Source of the DNA: a virus
Direction: 5' to 3' (one strand)
Virus record (IMG/VR): IMGVR_UViG_3300031630_000008
Length of the DNA: 43,643 nt
Shown here: positions 1 to 8,563 of the stretch, in pieces
Position numbering within the stretch: the first letter of the stretch is position 1
How the letters are laid out: each line of letters starts with the position of its first letter
Notes under the pieces: generated by a model
What the model saw: only the letters and a program-made list of their open reading frames with translations
Database searches by the model: none
Told to the model about the DNA's origin: nothing
Program-made: the position numbers and the translations under genes

Positions 1-839
1 AAGATGTAACTCAGTGGAAGTCTGGAAAGATTAGCCCGTCTGAGAAGAACTTCATCACCCAAATCCTTCGGCTATTCACGCAATCTGACGTGATAGTTGG
101 AGGTAGTTATGTGGATGTATTCCTACCTCGTATTAAGAACAACGAAGCTAGGATGATGATGCTGTCCTTCGCCCAGCGAGAGACTATCCACATGCGCTCT
201 TACGCTCTTCTCAACGACACCCTTGGATTCCCTGAATCTGAGTACACCGCATTCCTTGAATACGATGCGATGGCTGAGAAGATTGAGTTCATGCAGAACT
301 TCGACCCAGACACTAAGTCAGGCTTAGCTAAGGCTATTGCTCAGACAGTCTGTAATGAAGGGATGTCCTTGTTCTCTGCCTTCGTAATGCTCTTGAACTT
401 CCAACGCTATGGAAAGCTTAAAGGCATGTGCGAAATAGTTGAATGGTCCATTCGAGACGAGACAATTCATGTTGCTGGTATGACTGAATTGTTCCGTGTG
501 TTTATCAATGAAAACCCAGAGGTAGTTACTGATGAGTTTAAACTTTCTATCTACGAGATGTACCGCACTGCCGTTGCGTTGGAGGATAAGGTTATTGATC
601 TGGCATTTGAACTGGGTCCTATGGAAGGCCTCAATGCTAGTGAGGTTAAGGAATATATTAGGTTTATCGCAGACAGGCGACTCGTAAATCTAGGACTCAA
701 AGCTAACTGGGCTATTAAAGAGAACCCTCTACCTTGGTTAGATTGGGTATTAAATGGCGACAGCTTCAAGAACTTCTTTGAAGGTCGTGTAACTGACTAC
801 AGTGCAGATGGTATGACAGGTGAATCATGGGGATGGTAA
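1..839 (+). CDS. nrdB: Ribonucleotide reductase small (beta) subunit, class I ferritin-like. This is the 3' part of a CDS that starts at 43507 and crosses the circular junction.
   Basis: The frame of ORF 90..839 stays open back to nt 3 and continues from 43507..43643 through the 22-nt terminal overlap. Two E-x-x-H di-iron motifs are present (QRETIHMRSY, RDETIHVAGM). The joined CDS is 954 nt. Confidence 0.85.
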   Translation, partial: DVTQWKSGKISPSEKNFITQILRLFTQSDVIVGGSYVDVFLPRIKNNEARMMMLSFAQRETIHMRSYALLNDTLGFPESEYTAFLEYDAMAEKIEFMQNFDPDTKSGLAKAIAQTVCNEGMSLFSAFVMLLNFQRYGKLKGMCEIVEWSIRDETIHVAGMTELFRVFINENPEVVTDEFKLSIYEMYRTAVALEDKVIDLAFELGPMEGLNASEVKEYIRFIADRRLVNLGLKANWAIKENPLPWLDWVLNGDSFKNFFEGRVTDYSADGMTGESWGW

Positions 840-1549
840 TGCGAAAAGAACGTAAGGGTCGTAAGAAGCCTAATAGGGAAGTACAAGATAAGTTTCTAGA
901 TGAGAAGCGTCACGCGGTTCCACCACTAAGACCTCAGACGGATATGCAAGCTGACTATATGGCAGCTCTTATGACGGCTGAACAGGTTGTAGTGTTAGGC
1001 CCAGCAGGTACAGGTAAAACCTACATCGCCTCTACAGTAGCGGCTGATCTATATCGTCTAGGACAGATCGATAAGATTGTTCTCACCCGTCCAAACGTAA
1101 CTGGATCTAAGTCATTGGGCTTTTTTCCGGGGACGATGGAGGAGAAGATCGGACCTTGGGTTGTTCCATTCACTGACATCATTCGTAAGCGATTAGGTGG
1201 AGGACAGTACGATGTGGCCCTGAAGCATAAGGCTATTGAGATTGTACCCTTTGAGGTTATGCGTGGTCGTACATTCGATAAGGCATTCGTCATTCTTGAT
1301 GAAGCTCAGAACACTACCCCAGAAGAAATGAAGATGTTCCTAAGCCGTGTCGGTAAGGACTCGACAGTTGTAATCAACGGCGACGTTAAGCAGCGTGATA
1401 TCAAAGTCACATCCGGATTAGAAACAGTTATTAGATTGGTCAAAACCCAAGGGTTACCAGTGCCTGTTATCGAATTTGGAATGGACGATATTGTACGCTC
1501 AGATGCGTGTGCTATGTGGATTAGAGCATTTGACAGAGAAGGTTTATAG
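827..1549 (+). CDS. phoH: PhoH-like ATPase
   Basis: Walker A GPAGTGKTY, Walker B FVILDEAQN and a GDVKQRD motif. An alternative start at ATG 839 overlaps the nrdB stop (TAATG). Confidence 0.85.
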   Translation: MGMVMRKERKGRKKPNREVQDKFLDEKRHAVPPLRPQTDMQADYMAALMTAEQVVVLGPAGTGKTYIASTVAADLYRLGQIDKIVLTRPNVTGSKSLGFFPGTMEEKIGPWVVPFTDIIRKRLGGGQYDVALKHKAIEIVPFEVMRGRTFDKAFVILDEAQNTTPEEMKMFLSRVGKDSTVVINGDVKQRDIKVTSGLETVIRLVKTQGLPVPVIEFGMDDIVRSDACAMWIRAFDREGL

Positions 1550-1912
1550 ATGGCTATTAAGTATAAGTTCGGCTCGATAGAGCATAAGAAATCAATGTGG
1601 TCTAACGCCAAGTACCGGGCAGGTGGTTTAGGCATTCAGTTTTCCATAACTGCAGAGGATTTAAACATCCCTGAATCGTGTCCTGTTCTGGGCATACCTT
1701 TATGTGCGGGTGGTACATCCGGTGGTACACACAACAGCGCAACGTTAGATCGTTTAGATCCAAGCAAGGGCTATACACCTGATAACACTGCCGTCATAAG
1801 CATGCGAGCTAATCGTATGAAGTCTGACTGTTCTCCTAGTGAGATCATGCAGGTTGCTATGTGGACTCAACGCAAGATAGGACGAGCGGAGGCTCTCAAT
1901 GGAACCCTCTAG
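1550..1912 (+). CDS. Small HNH-type endonuclease-like protein
   Basis: The motif CPVLGIPL...ATLDRLDPSKGYTPDNTAVISMRANRMKSD resembles small phage HNH proteins (xDRxD..KGY..xN....S...N..K). The ATG abuts the phoH stop. Confidence 0.5.
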   Translation: MAIKYKFGSIEHKKSMWSNAKYRAGGLGIQFSITAEDLNIPESCPVLGIPLCAGGTSGGTHNSATLDRLDPSKGYTPDNTAVISMRANRMKSDCSPSEIMQVAMWTQRKIGRAEALNGTL

Positions 1913-2177
1913 CGTAGAGCATACCGGTGGTAGCTCAAACTACTACCGGGCATTTGTAAGTAGTCCAACCACTCTACCTACAGGCTATACAGCTGAATGT
2001 AACGACATCATTGAATCCCTAAATATGACCTTCGCTGAAGGTAATGTATTCAAAGCGTTGTGGCGTTCAGCTGCCTCCCGTCAAGGTAAGGAAAAGAAGG
2101 GTAACAACGCTCGTTATGATGCCGAGAAGATGTGCTTCTTTTCTGAACGAATTCTAATTGCTAATCAGGATAAGTAA
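1899..2177 (+). CDS. Small conserved phage protein (DUF3310-like by eye)
   Basis: 92-aa ORF. The pattern SSNYYR...ECNDIIESLNMTFAEGNVFKALWR resembles the DUF3310 pattern as I remember it. It overlaps its neighbours in an operon-like way. Confidence 0.4.
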   Translation: MEPSSVEHTGGSSNYYRAFVSSPTTLPTGYTAECNDIIESLNMTFAEGNVFKALWRSAASRQGKEKKGNNARYDAEKMCFFSERILIANQDK

Positions 2178-2479
2178 TGACTAAGACTATAAGTGAAGCT
2201 ACTGGCTTACCCATACAGACAGGCGTTCCTAGTGATGCCTATCGAACTGGTTGGGATGGCTTGTTCAAGGACAGAGTAAAGCTCGGAGTGAGTCCCTCAA
2301 CTGAGGTGACTAACATCGACTGCCGCCCAAAGGTGACAACTATCAACAGCGCCTACTTGAACTCCATACAGAAAGACAGTGAGTTCCTTGAGTGCTTGGA
2401 TGCTTGTGGCGTCTGTGATTGGGAAGGCTATAAAGAGGCAGTTACCATGTACGAAGAAGAACAGGAACAGAACCGATGA
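2177..2479 (+). CDS. Hypothetical protein
   Basis: 100-aa ORF. Its start overlaps the upstream stop (TAATG) and its stop overlaps the thyX start (ATGA). No recognisable motif. Confidence 0.5.
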   Translation: MTKTISEATGLPIQTGVPSDAYRTGWDGLFKDRVKLGVSPSTEVTNIDCRPKVTTINSAYLNSIQKDSEFLECLDACGVCDWEGYKEAVTMYEEEQEQNR

Positions 2480-3114
2480 ACACTGAGTACATAGACCACA
2501 TGGGCAATGATGCCTCTGTTGTTAGAGCAGCGCGTGTATCCTTTGCAGCTGATGCAACTGAGTTTAACGCTGAGAATGATACAGGGTTAATAAACTACCT
2601 CGCTAATCACAATCACTGGACTCCCTTTGCTCACACCTCAGTGACCCTACGAATGAATGCACCTGTTCCTATTAGGACTCAGTGCTTCAAACATAAGGTT
2701 GGCTTCTCTGAGAATGAAGAGTCACGTAGGTATATCAGTTCTATGCCTAGCTTCTACACTCCTGAACAGTTCCGTAAGGCTCCTGAAGGTAGCGTGAAAC
2801 AAGGCTCTGGTGAGGATATGCATCCCATCGCTAATCGATACTGGCGTAGTAGTTTTAAGACTGTCTACACCATGTGTATGGACGCTTATGACACCGCTAT
2901 CTCCGGTGGTATGTGTCCGGAACAAGCCCGCTTTATATTGCCGCAAGGTATGGAAGTGAGTTGGTATTGGACAGGCTCCATTGCTGCCTACGCCCGGTTC
3001 TGTAAACAACGTCTTGACCCTCACGCTCAGAAAGAAATCCAAGAGCTGTCTCAAGAAGTATCCAACATCATGGCTCAGCTGTTCCCTGTTAGTTGGGAAG
3101 CTTTGATGAGTTAA
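2476..3114 (+). CDS. thyX: Flavin-dependent thymidylate synthase
   Basis: N-terminal DHMGNDASVVRAARVSF, a ThyX-type motif KHKVGFSENEESRRY (RHR...S...S.RY class), and ARFILPQG...YARFCKQR. Confidence 0.8.
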   Translation: MNTEYIDHMGNDASVVRAARVSFAADATEFNAENDTGLINYLANHNHWTPFAHTSVTLRMNAPVPIRTQCFKHKVGFSENEESRRYISSMPSFYTPEQFRKAPEGSVKQGSGEDMHPIANRYWRSSFKTVYTMCMDAYDTAISGGMCPEQARFILPQGMEVSWYWTGSIAAYARFCKQRLDPHAQKEIQELSQEVSNIMAQLFPVSWEALMS

Positions 3115-3283
3115 AGATTTTGGGAGTGAACCTTCTAGTGGGCAAACTCTAGAGTTAGGTAGCGACTTACCGCATTCGTGATATGCACGGACACTTCCCC
3201 CCCCTTATAGCACTATCGGAGATTCCCCCTTCGTTAGTGCTTTCTTTATGTCAATTGTCGGCGCTCATGCCAGAGGTATCAAA

Positions 3284-3499
3284 ATGAGTAACGAAAACGA
3301 AGAGTTAGATCTTCCATTATTCCCCCTATCTTCCCGCGAACTACTAGTTCTTCTACATGAACATTACCCACCACGCTGTGTGGCTTACAACGAGTCTGAG
3401 ATTAGTGCTCATCGTTATGCCGGTATGCGTGAGCTGATTGATGAACTAATGGTTTGGCAGGAGGAGGCTGATGAAACCCCAAGTACGCCTATGCATTAA
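3284..3499 (+). CDS. Hypothetical protein (71 aa)
   Basis: ATG 3284 is preceded by AGAGG at 7 nt. The longer ORF from 3248 has no SD. The 3' end overlaps the next gene. Confidence 0.45.
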   Translation: MSNENEELDLPLFPLSSRELLVLLHEHYPPRCVAYNESEISAHRYAGMRELIDELMVWQEEADETPSTPMH

Positions 3500-3950
3500 G
3501 AACGACTTCGCTCCTATGCTCAGGATGGCTTCACTCATGCATCAAGAAAGTCCTGTCTATAAGGACCTAACTCTAGATGAGGCGAAGCTTTTAGACCTAT
3601 GCCACTTGGCAGTCGCACACCCCGAACTCGCAACAATACTCGTAGCTACACACTCAGATGGTCGTATCATCGGCATGTTAGGAGCGGTAGCTACTCAAGA
3701 ATACTTCGGCCCAGACACTACTACATGTGACCTATTCCTTTATGTTCTACCAGAGCATAGGGGAAGCATGGCTGCATTACGTCTCATTAAGAAATACCAG
3801 AAGTGGGCAGAAGATCTAGGTGCTACACGCATTAACTTAGGTATAACCACAGGTCTATTCTTAAAGGAGACAGGTAGGTTGTTTGAGGCAGCTGGCTTTA
3901 CACACTCCGGTCATCAATATACAAGGATCAATTCTAATGGGAATTATTAA
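3471..3950 (+). CDS. GNAT-family N-acetyltransferase
   Basis: Acetyl-CoA-binding-type segment LYVLPEHRGSMAALRLIKKYQKWAEDLGATRINLG. Strong SD GGAGGAGG upstream. Confidence 0.6.
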   Translation: MKPQVRLCIKNDFAPMLRMASLMHQESPVYKDLTLDEAKLLDLCHLAVAHPELATILVATHSDGRIIGMLGAVATQEYFGPDTTTCDLFLYVLPEHRGSMAALRLIKKYQKWAEDLGATRINLGITTGLFLKETGRLFEAAGFTHSGHQYTRINSNGNY

Positions 3951-4053
3951 ACACAGTCGTACAAAAGCTGAACAAGAGCGTAAAGCCGCTGCTGAACAAG
4001 CAATTAAGCAAGCTAAAGCAGCTAAGGCTAAGAAGAAAGAAGGGGACGAATAA
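3937..4053 (+). CDS. Possible 38-aa Lys/Ala-rich peptide
   Basis: ATG 3937 lies inside the GNAT 3' end. The stop TAA overlaps the next start (TAATG at 4051-4055). It fills an otherwise non-coding 100 nt. Below the ORF-track size cut-off. Confidence 0.3.
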   Translation: MGIIKHSRTKAEQERKAAAEQAIKQAKAAKAKKKEGDE

Positions 4054-4286
4054 TGTGCTTCGGATCTCCATCTGCACCGCCTAAGCCTAAAGAAGCTCCC
4101 AAGGCAATTCTTCAGAAGCCTGAAAAACTTAAATCAAAATCTCAACGTGATGCTGAAACAGCAGCGGTTGAAGGTAATAAATCATTAGCTAAACAAAAGA
4201 ACCGCAAATCTTTCCGCATTCAGCTTGGCTCCTATCTAGGTGGTTCAGGTAAGTCTGGCGGTGGTGGCAGCGGTTTGAGTCTATAG
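4053..4286 (+). CDS. T7 gp6.7-like small basic virion protein
   Basis: N-terminus MCFGSPSAPPKPK matches the T7 gp6.7 N-terminus as I remember it (MCFSPKIKTPK). Basic, Gly-rich tail. Sits just upstream of the portal gene. Confidence 0.5.
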   Translation: MCFGSPSAPPKPKEAPKAILQKPEKLKSKSQRDAETAAVEGNKSLAKQKNRKSFRIQLGSYLGGSGKSGGGGSGLSL

Positions 4287-4295
4287 GGGTAGGGT

Positions 4296-5801
4296 ATGAC
4301 TGAAACAACCCAAGCTCGTTATGAGTCTCTAAAGGGTAGGCGTGAGCCTTTCCTTACTCGTGCGCGAGAGTGTTCGGCTATTACAATACCAGCACTATTA
4401 CCACCACAGGGTCACAACTCTCACACAGTATTGCCTGCGCCTTATCAAGGCCTAGGTGCTCGTGCCGTTGTGAGCTTAGCTTCCCGCTTAATGATTGCTA
4501 TGTACCCACCGGGTATGAGTTCGTTTCGTTTACAAATTCCGTCTGAAATCCTAATCCAAGAAGGTCAGCTGGAAACCGATCAGGAAACTGAACGTGGTCT
4601 AGCCCTATCTGAAAAGGCAATCAGTAACGAGATTGAACGAAAACAGTGGCGTCAGCCTACACACCTTACTCTTCAGTATCTTATTACTACAGGTAACGCC
4701 TTAGAGCAGGTACTTCCTGATAACCGTATTCGCGTCTTCCGATTAGACCAGTACGTTGTTGTGCGTGACATGACAGGTGATGTGACTGAGATCATCATTG
4801 AAGAGTACTTCTCTCCTACTAACTTACCCGAATCTGTTCGCTCCATGTTGAAGGCTGAAGATGCCCCAACACAACGTGTTCCAATATTCACGTCTTGTAA
4901 GAAGACGAACGAAGGGTATGAAGTTCATCAGGAAGTTAGTGGCACAAAGGTTGCTGATTCTGTAGGCGTCTATGATGTGTGTCCGTTCAACGCATTACGT
5001 TGGACTGCTGTAATAGGTGAAGATTACGGACGAGGCAAGTGTGAAGAACACTTAGGCGACCTCATGGCTGTAGACGGTTTGTCTAAGGCTATGCTTGACG
5101 GTGCAGCCTTGGCTTCACGACACATCATGATGATACGTCCTAACGCTGCTGGTGGTCTTAACCTACGCAGGCGTATTGCTAAAGCTGAAAACGGTGAGTA
5201 TGTAGTAGGCAACCCTGAAGATATAGGGATGCTTGCATATCAGAACGCACCGGGACTTCAAGTAGCTAAGGCTGAACTGGCTGAGAAGAAACAAGAGATT
5301 GCTTCGGCGTTCTTGATGAACTCTAGCGTCCAACGCCAAGGCGAACGCGTTACAGCTTATGAACTTAAGATGATGGCTGAAGAGTTAGAAGGTTCCCTAG
5401 GTGGAGCGTTCTCTATGCTATCTCGTGATATGCAATCAGCTCGTCTTAATCGTCTCATCACTCAAATGCAGAAGCAGGGTAAGTTACCACCATGGCCTGA
5501 AGGCGTAGTTGAACCAACCGTTCTGACAGGATTAGAAAGTCTAGGTCGTGAGCAAGACGTTCAGCGTGTAGGCTCAGCTCTTCAATTCCTACAAGGACTA
5601 CCTCCAGAAATCCTCGACTATGTACGTTGGGCGAAGCTGCTAGGTAAAGCCTTTAATGGTCTATCCCTTGAGGATGCTGTTAACACAGAAGAAGAAGTGG
5701 CTCAGAAGCGTCAAAGCCGACAGATGGAGCAGGGCTTAGGCTCAGCTGCTGAAGCTGGTGGTGCTGCAATGGCTCAACAAATGGTAGAACAGGGGGCGTA
5801 A
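4296..5801 (+). CDS. Portal (head-tail connector) protein, T7 gp8-like
   Basis: Colinear matches to T7 gp8: YESLKGRREPFLTRARECSAITIPALLP, YGRGKCEEHLGDL, FLMNSSVQRQGERVTAYELKMMAEELEGSLGG. Confidence 0.93.
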   Translation: MTETTQARYESLKGRREPFLTRARECSAITIPALLPPQGHNSHTVLPAPYQGLGARAVVSLASRLMIAMYPPGMSSFRLQIPSEILIQEGQLETDQETERGLALSEKAISNEIERKQWRQPTHLTLQYLITTGNALEQVLPDNRIRVFRLDQYVVVRDMTGDVTEIIIEEYFSPTNLPESVRSMLKAEDAPTQRVPIFTSCKKTNEGYEVHQEVSGTKVADSVGVYDVCPFNALRWTAVIGEDYGRGKCEEHLGDLMAVDGLSKAMLDGAALASRHIMMIRPNAAGGLNLRRRIAKAENGEYVVGNPEDIGMLAYQNAPGLQVAKAELAEKKQEIASAFLMNSSVQRQGERVTAYELKMMAEELEGSLGGAFSMLSRDMQSARLNRLITQMQKQGKLPPWPEGVVEPTVLTGLESLGREQDVQRVGSALQFLQGLPPEILDYVRWAKLLGKAFNGLSLEDAVNTEEEVAQKRQSRQMEQGLGSAAEAGGAAMAQQMVEQGA

Positions 5802-5826
5802 GCCTCCTCGACTCACAGGATAATTA

Positions 5827-6642
5827 ATGACAGACACAACAACAAAACCCGTACCCGGCTCAGATGAATACAATCAGCAAAAAGCTGACGAATTCAAACA
5901 GGGTCACGGAAAACCCTCAAGTGATAATGTAGACTCAGCCCCAACCGCTCCTAAACCGGATAACGGACAGGACAAGTTCTACAACGCTGAGACAGGTGAG
6001 TACAACTGGCAAGCACATGCGGCAGAACTTGAGTATCGCATGGGTCAAGGCAAAGATACGCCTCCAGCTGATGACGATAAAGGCACTGATCCTACTAAAG
6101 ACGAACCTAGCGATCCTTCAGATGAAGCGGCAAAGGATGTCGTAAGTAAGGCAGGTCTGGACGTTGACTCATTAGTACAGCAAATCCAGCAAGACGGTAG
6201 TTTAAGCGATGATGCTAAAGCTGCTCTCGTTGCTCAAGGCGTAGACGCTAATCTTATTGACTCTTATGTCGAGAACTTAAAGTTCCGTATGGAGCATGAA
6301 TCCAAATCAGCCCTCGACTATGTGGGTGGTGAAGAAGAGTGGAATAAGGTTAACGCATGGGCTGAGAACAACCTTAATGCTGACGAGAAAACAGCGTACA
6401 ACGATACGCTAAATGGAGCAAACTGGAAGATGGCTGTTGACGCTATTAAGTCCCGCATGGGGCATACATCAGAGCCTAACTTAATGGTAGGCAATGAAGT
6501 GGGTAACTCAGCTACGGGTTACCGTTCACGAGCAGAGATGAAGAAGGATATGGCTAACGCTGAATATCGTACCAATCCTACCTTCCGACAGACAGTCATC
6601 GACAAGATGTCTGTATCCACCTACGACCTAGATCACAGCTAG
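5827..6642 (+). CDS. Scaffolding protein, T7 gp9-like
   Basis: Acidic, low-complexity 271-aa protein located between the portal and major capsid genes. Confidence 0.65.
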   Translation: MTDTTTKPVPGSDEYNQQKADEFKQGHGKPSSDNVDSAPTAPKPDNGQDKFYNAETGEYNWQAHAAELEYRMGQGKDTPPADDDKGTDPTKDEPSDPSDEAAKDVVSKAGLDVDSLVQQIQQDGSLSDDAKAALVAQGVDANLIDSYVENLKFRMEHESKSALDYVGGEEEWNKVNAWAENNLNADEKTAYNDTLNGANWKMAVDAIKSRMGHTSEPNLMVGNEVGNSATGYRSRAEMKKDMANAEYRTNPTFRQTVIDKMSVSTYDLDHS

Positions 6643-6650
6643 GTCATACC

Positions 6651-6666
6651 GCCTCCTTCGGGAGGC
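6651..6666 (+). promoter_or_regulatory. GC hairpin with UUCG loop downstream of the scaffold gene
   Basis: GCCTCC TTCG GGAGGC is a perfect 6-bp stem. No T-run follows, so it is more likely a processing or stability element than a strong terminator. Confidence 0.4.
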
Positions 6667-6908
6667 ACCTATTCTAAGGTAGCGCCAAGCCAGCGTTGCC
6701 CCCGATACGGTCGCACACCCAACACCCTGACATGACTAGGCTAGTTTATGTGGGTTAATTCCGTGCGCTCGTGAGAAGTACCTATGCATTGACCTGTTAC
6801 GACAGACAATCCTTGTAGCGGCTACAACCTTAAAACCTTTCTACACATCTATCTATATCGTCCCGTCTTGGGACACACATTAAATTCTATTTATTACAGG
6901 GCATTATC

Positions 6909-7886
6909 ATGGCTATTTCTAGCGTTACATCTGCACCATCACGCTTTGGTGCTGGACAAACTTCACCCGCTGACAATCGCGGTTTATTCTTAGACGTATT
7001 TGGTGGTGAAGTACTTACCGCCTTCGACATGGCTACAGTTACTCTTGACAAGCATAACGTCAAAACTGTAGGCGGCGGTCAGCGTTCATTCCGTTTCCCT
7101 AAGACTTGGAAAGCGACTGCTGAATACCATACTCCGGGTCAGGAGCTTATGGGTACTGACATCGAGACAGGCGAAATCGCCATCACTATCGATGACATCT
7201 TAGTATCTCACACTGCAATTGCTGACATCGATTCTATGTTGTCACACTTCGATGTGCGTTCTGAGTATTCTGCTCAGATGGGTCGTGCTTTGGCTCGCGT
7301 ATTTGACAAGAACGTATTCCGTCAAATCATCAAAGCTGCTCGTACTGCTGGTGATGGTCCATTCCCCGGTGGTGACACTATTGTTGGTTTAGGCGCAGCC
7401 TCTACTGGCGCTGAGTGGATCGATGCGATCCGTCTAGCTAACCTTAAGTTCTTCAACTTGTCTGTTCCTGAAGAGCAGAAGCGTTACATGTCTGTATCTG
7501 CTGAAACCTTCAACAAGATCAAGTTCGCTAAAGACGCAAACGGTCAGTACTTAGTACTTGATGCCGATCTACGTCACAGTGGAGCTGGTGGTGTTGAAGG
7601 CCGTGCTGACTCTCTTACCATTGATGGTGTTGAGATCGTTAAGTCTTTGAACATGCCTAACTCTGACGAAACTGCAGATACTAGCGTGTACGCAAAGTAC
7701 CGCGAAAACTACAGCACTACTCAAGGTGTTATCTGGACTGCTGATGCTGTTGCGACAGTTAAGCTAATGGATATTGGCTTTGAATCAGAGCGTGATACTC
7801 GCCGTCTAGAAGACTTCTTGGTTGCCAAGATGTTGACAGGCCACGGTACTCTACGTCCAGAGTGCGCTATCGAATTAACTTCGTAG
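6909..7886 (+). CDS. Major capsid protein, T7 gp10A-like
   Basis: LFLDVFGGEVLTAFDMATV, ITIDDILVSHTAIADIDSMLSHFDVRSEYSAQMGRALA and MLTGHGTLRPE are colinear with T7 gp10. Confidence 0.93.
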   Translation: MAISSVTSAPSRFGAGQTSPADNRGLFLDVFGGEVLTAFDMATVTLDKHNVKTVGGGQRSFRFPKTWKATAEYHTPGQELMGTDIETGEIAITIDDILVSHTAIADIDSMLSHFDVRSEYSAQMGRALARVFDKNVFRQIIKAARTAGDGPFPGGDTIVGLGAASTGAEWIDAIRLANLKFFNLSVPEEQKRYMSVSAETFNKIKFAKDANGQYLVLDADLRHSGAGGVEGRADSLTIDGVEIVKSLNMPNSDETADTSVYAKYRENYSTTQGVIWTADAVATVKLMDIGFESERDTRRLEDFLVAKMLTGHGTLRPECAIELTS

Positions 7887-7920
7887 TCCACCCCCCAGGT
7901 TCTAATTAGTTAGAGCTATA

Positions 7921-7949
7921 AGCCTCACCTTCGGGTGGGGCTTTTTTTC
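7921..7949 (+). terminator. Rho-independent terminator after the capsid gene
   Basis: AGCCTCACC TTCG GGTGGGGCT forms a 9-bp stem including one G-U pair, followed by TTTTTTT. The position is analogous to T7 T-phi. Confidence 0.75.
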
Positions 7950-7964
7950 TTATATGAGGTTCTT

Positions 7965-8561
7965 ATGTTCACGAAACTCGATGCCGTCAATCAGATCCTC
8001 GAATCAATTGGCGAAGATCCAGTATCATCTTTAAGTTCTGGCCTGCCTGATGCAGAAGCAGCAGAACGTATTCTCAACAGAGTGTCCCGCGAAGTACAAG
8101 CCAAAGGTTGGCTGTGTAACCTTGAACGCGATTACTCTATGGCAATTACTGCCAACCAAACTATTCCCTTGTCGTCAGACATTTTACGGATTGATACCGT
8201 AGGTAAGGACAGAGCGATAAACGTCACCGTCCGTAAGTATCTAAATCAATCTCACCTTTACAATATTGCAGATCACACATTCATCTTCACTGGCTCAGTC
8301 ACCGTAGACATTGTGTGGGAGCGAGACATCGGGGACTTAACTCCCGAACTTCAACTGTACATCACAGCTAAAGGCGCAAGACGCTTTCAAGAATCTGAAC
8401 TAGGTTCCGTAGCTGCTGACCAATTTGCCGTACGTGCTGAGCAAGAAGCTTATGCTTCCTTAATGGATTCTGAGGCTGAAGCTGAAGATTCTAATGCCTT
8501 AACTGATAGCGCCTATTGTCGTTACATCATAGGCCGTAACCATCCACTAGCTGGGAGATAA
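7965..8561 (+). CDS. Tail tubular protein A, T7 gp11-like
   Basis: MFTKLDAVNQILESIGEDPVSSL matches the gp11 N-terminal pattern (..AVNDILASIGEPPVSTL). The ORF-track start at 7935 lies inside the terminator and was rejected. Confidence 0.8.
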   Translation: MFTKLDAVNQILESIGEDPVSSLSSGLPDAEAAERILNRVSREVQAKGWLCNLERDYSMAITANQTIPLSSDILRIDTVGKDRAINVTVRKYLNQSHLYNIADHTFIFTGSVTVDIVWERDIGDLTPELQLYITAKGARRFQESELGSVAADQFAVRAEQEAYASLMDSEAEAEDSNALTDSAYCRYIIGRNHPLAGR

Positions 8562-8563
8562 TC

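Noticed and set aside
7840-7935. A T7 10A/10B-type frameshift extension of the capsid protein.
   Set aside because: The alternative frames close within a few codons after the capsid stop, and the terminator follows about 35 nt later.
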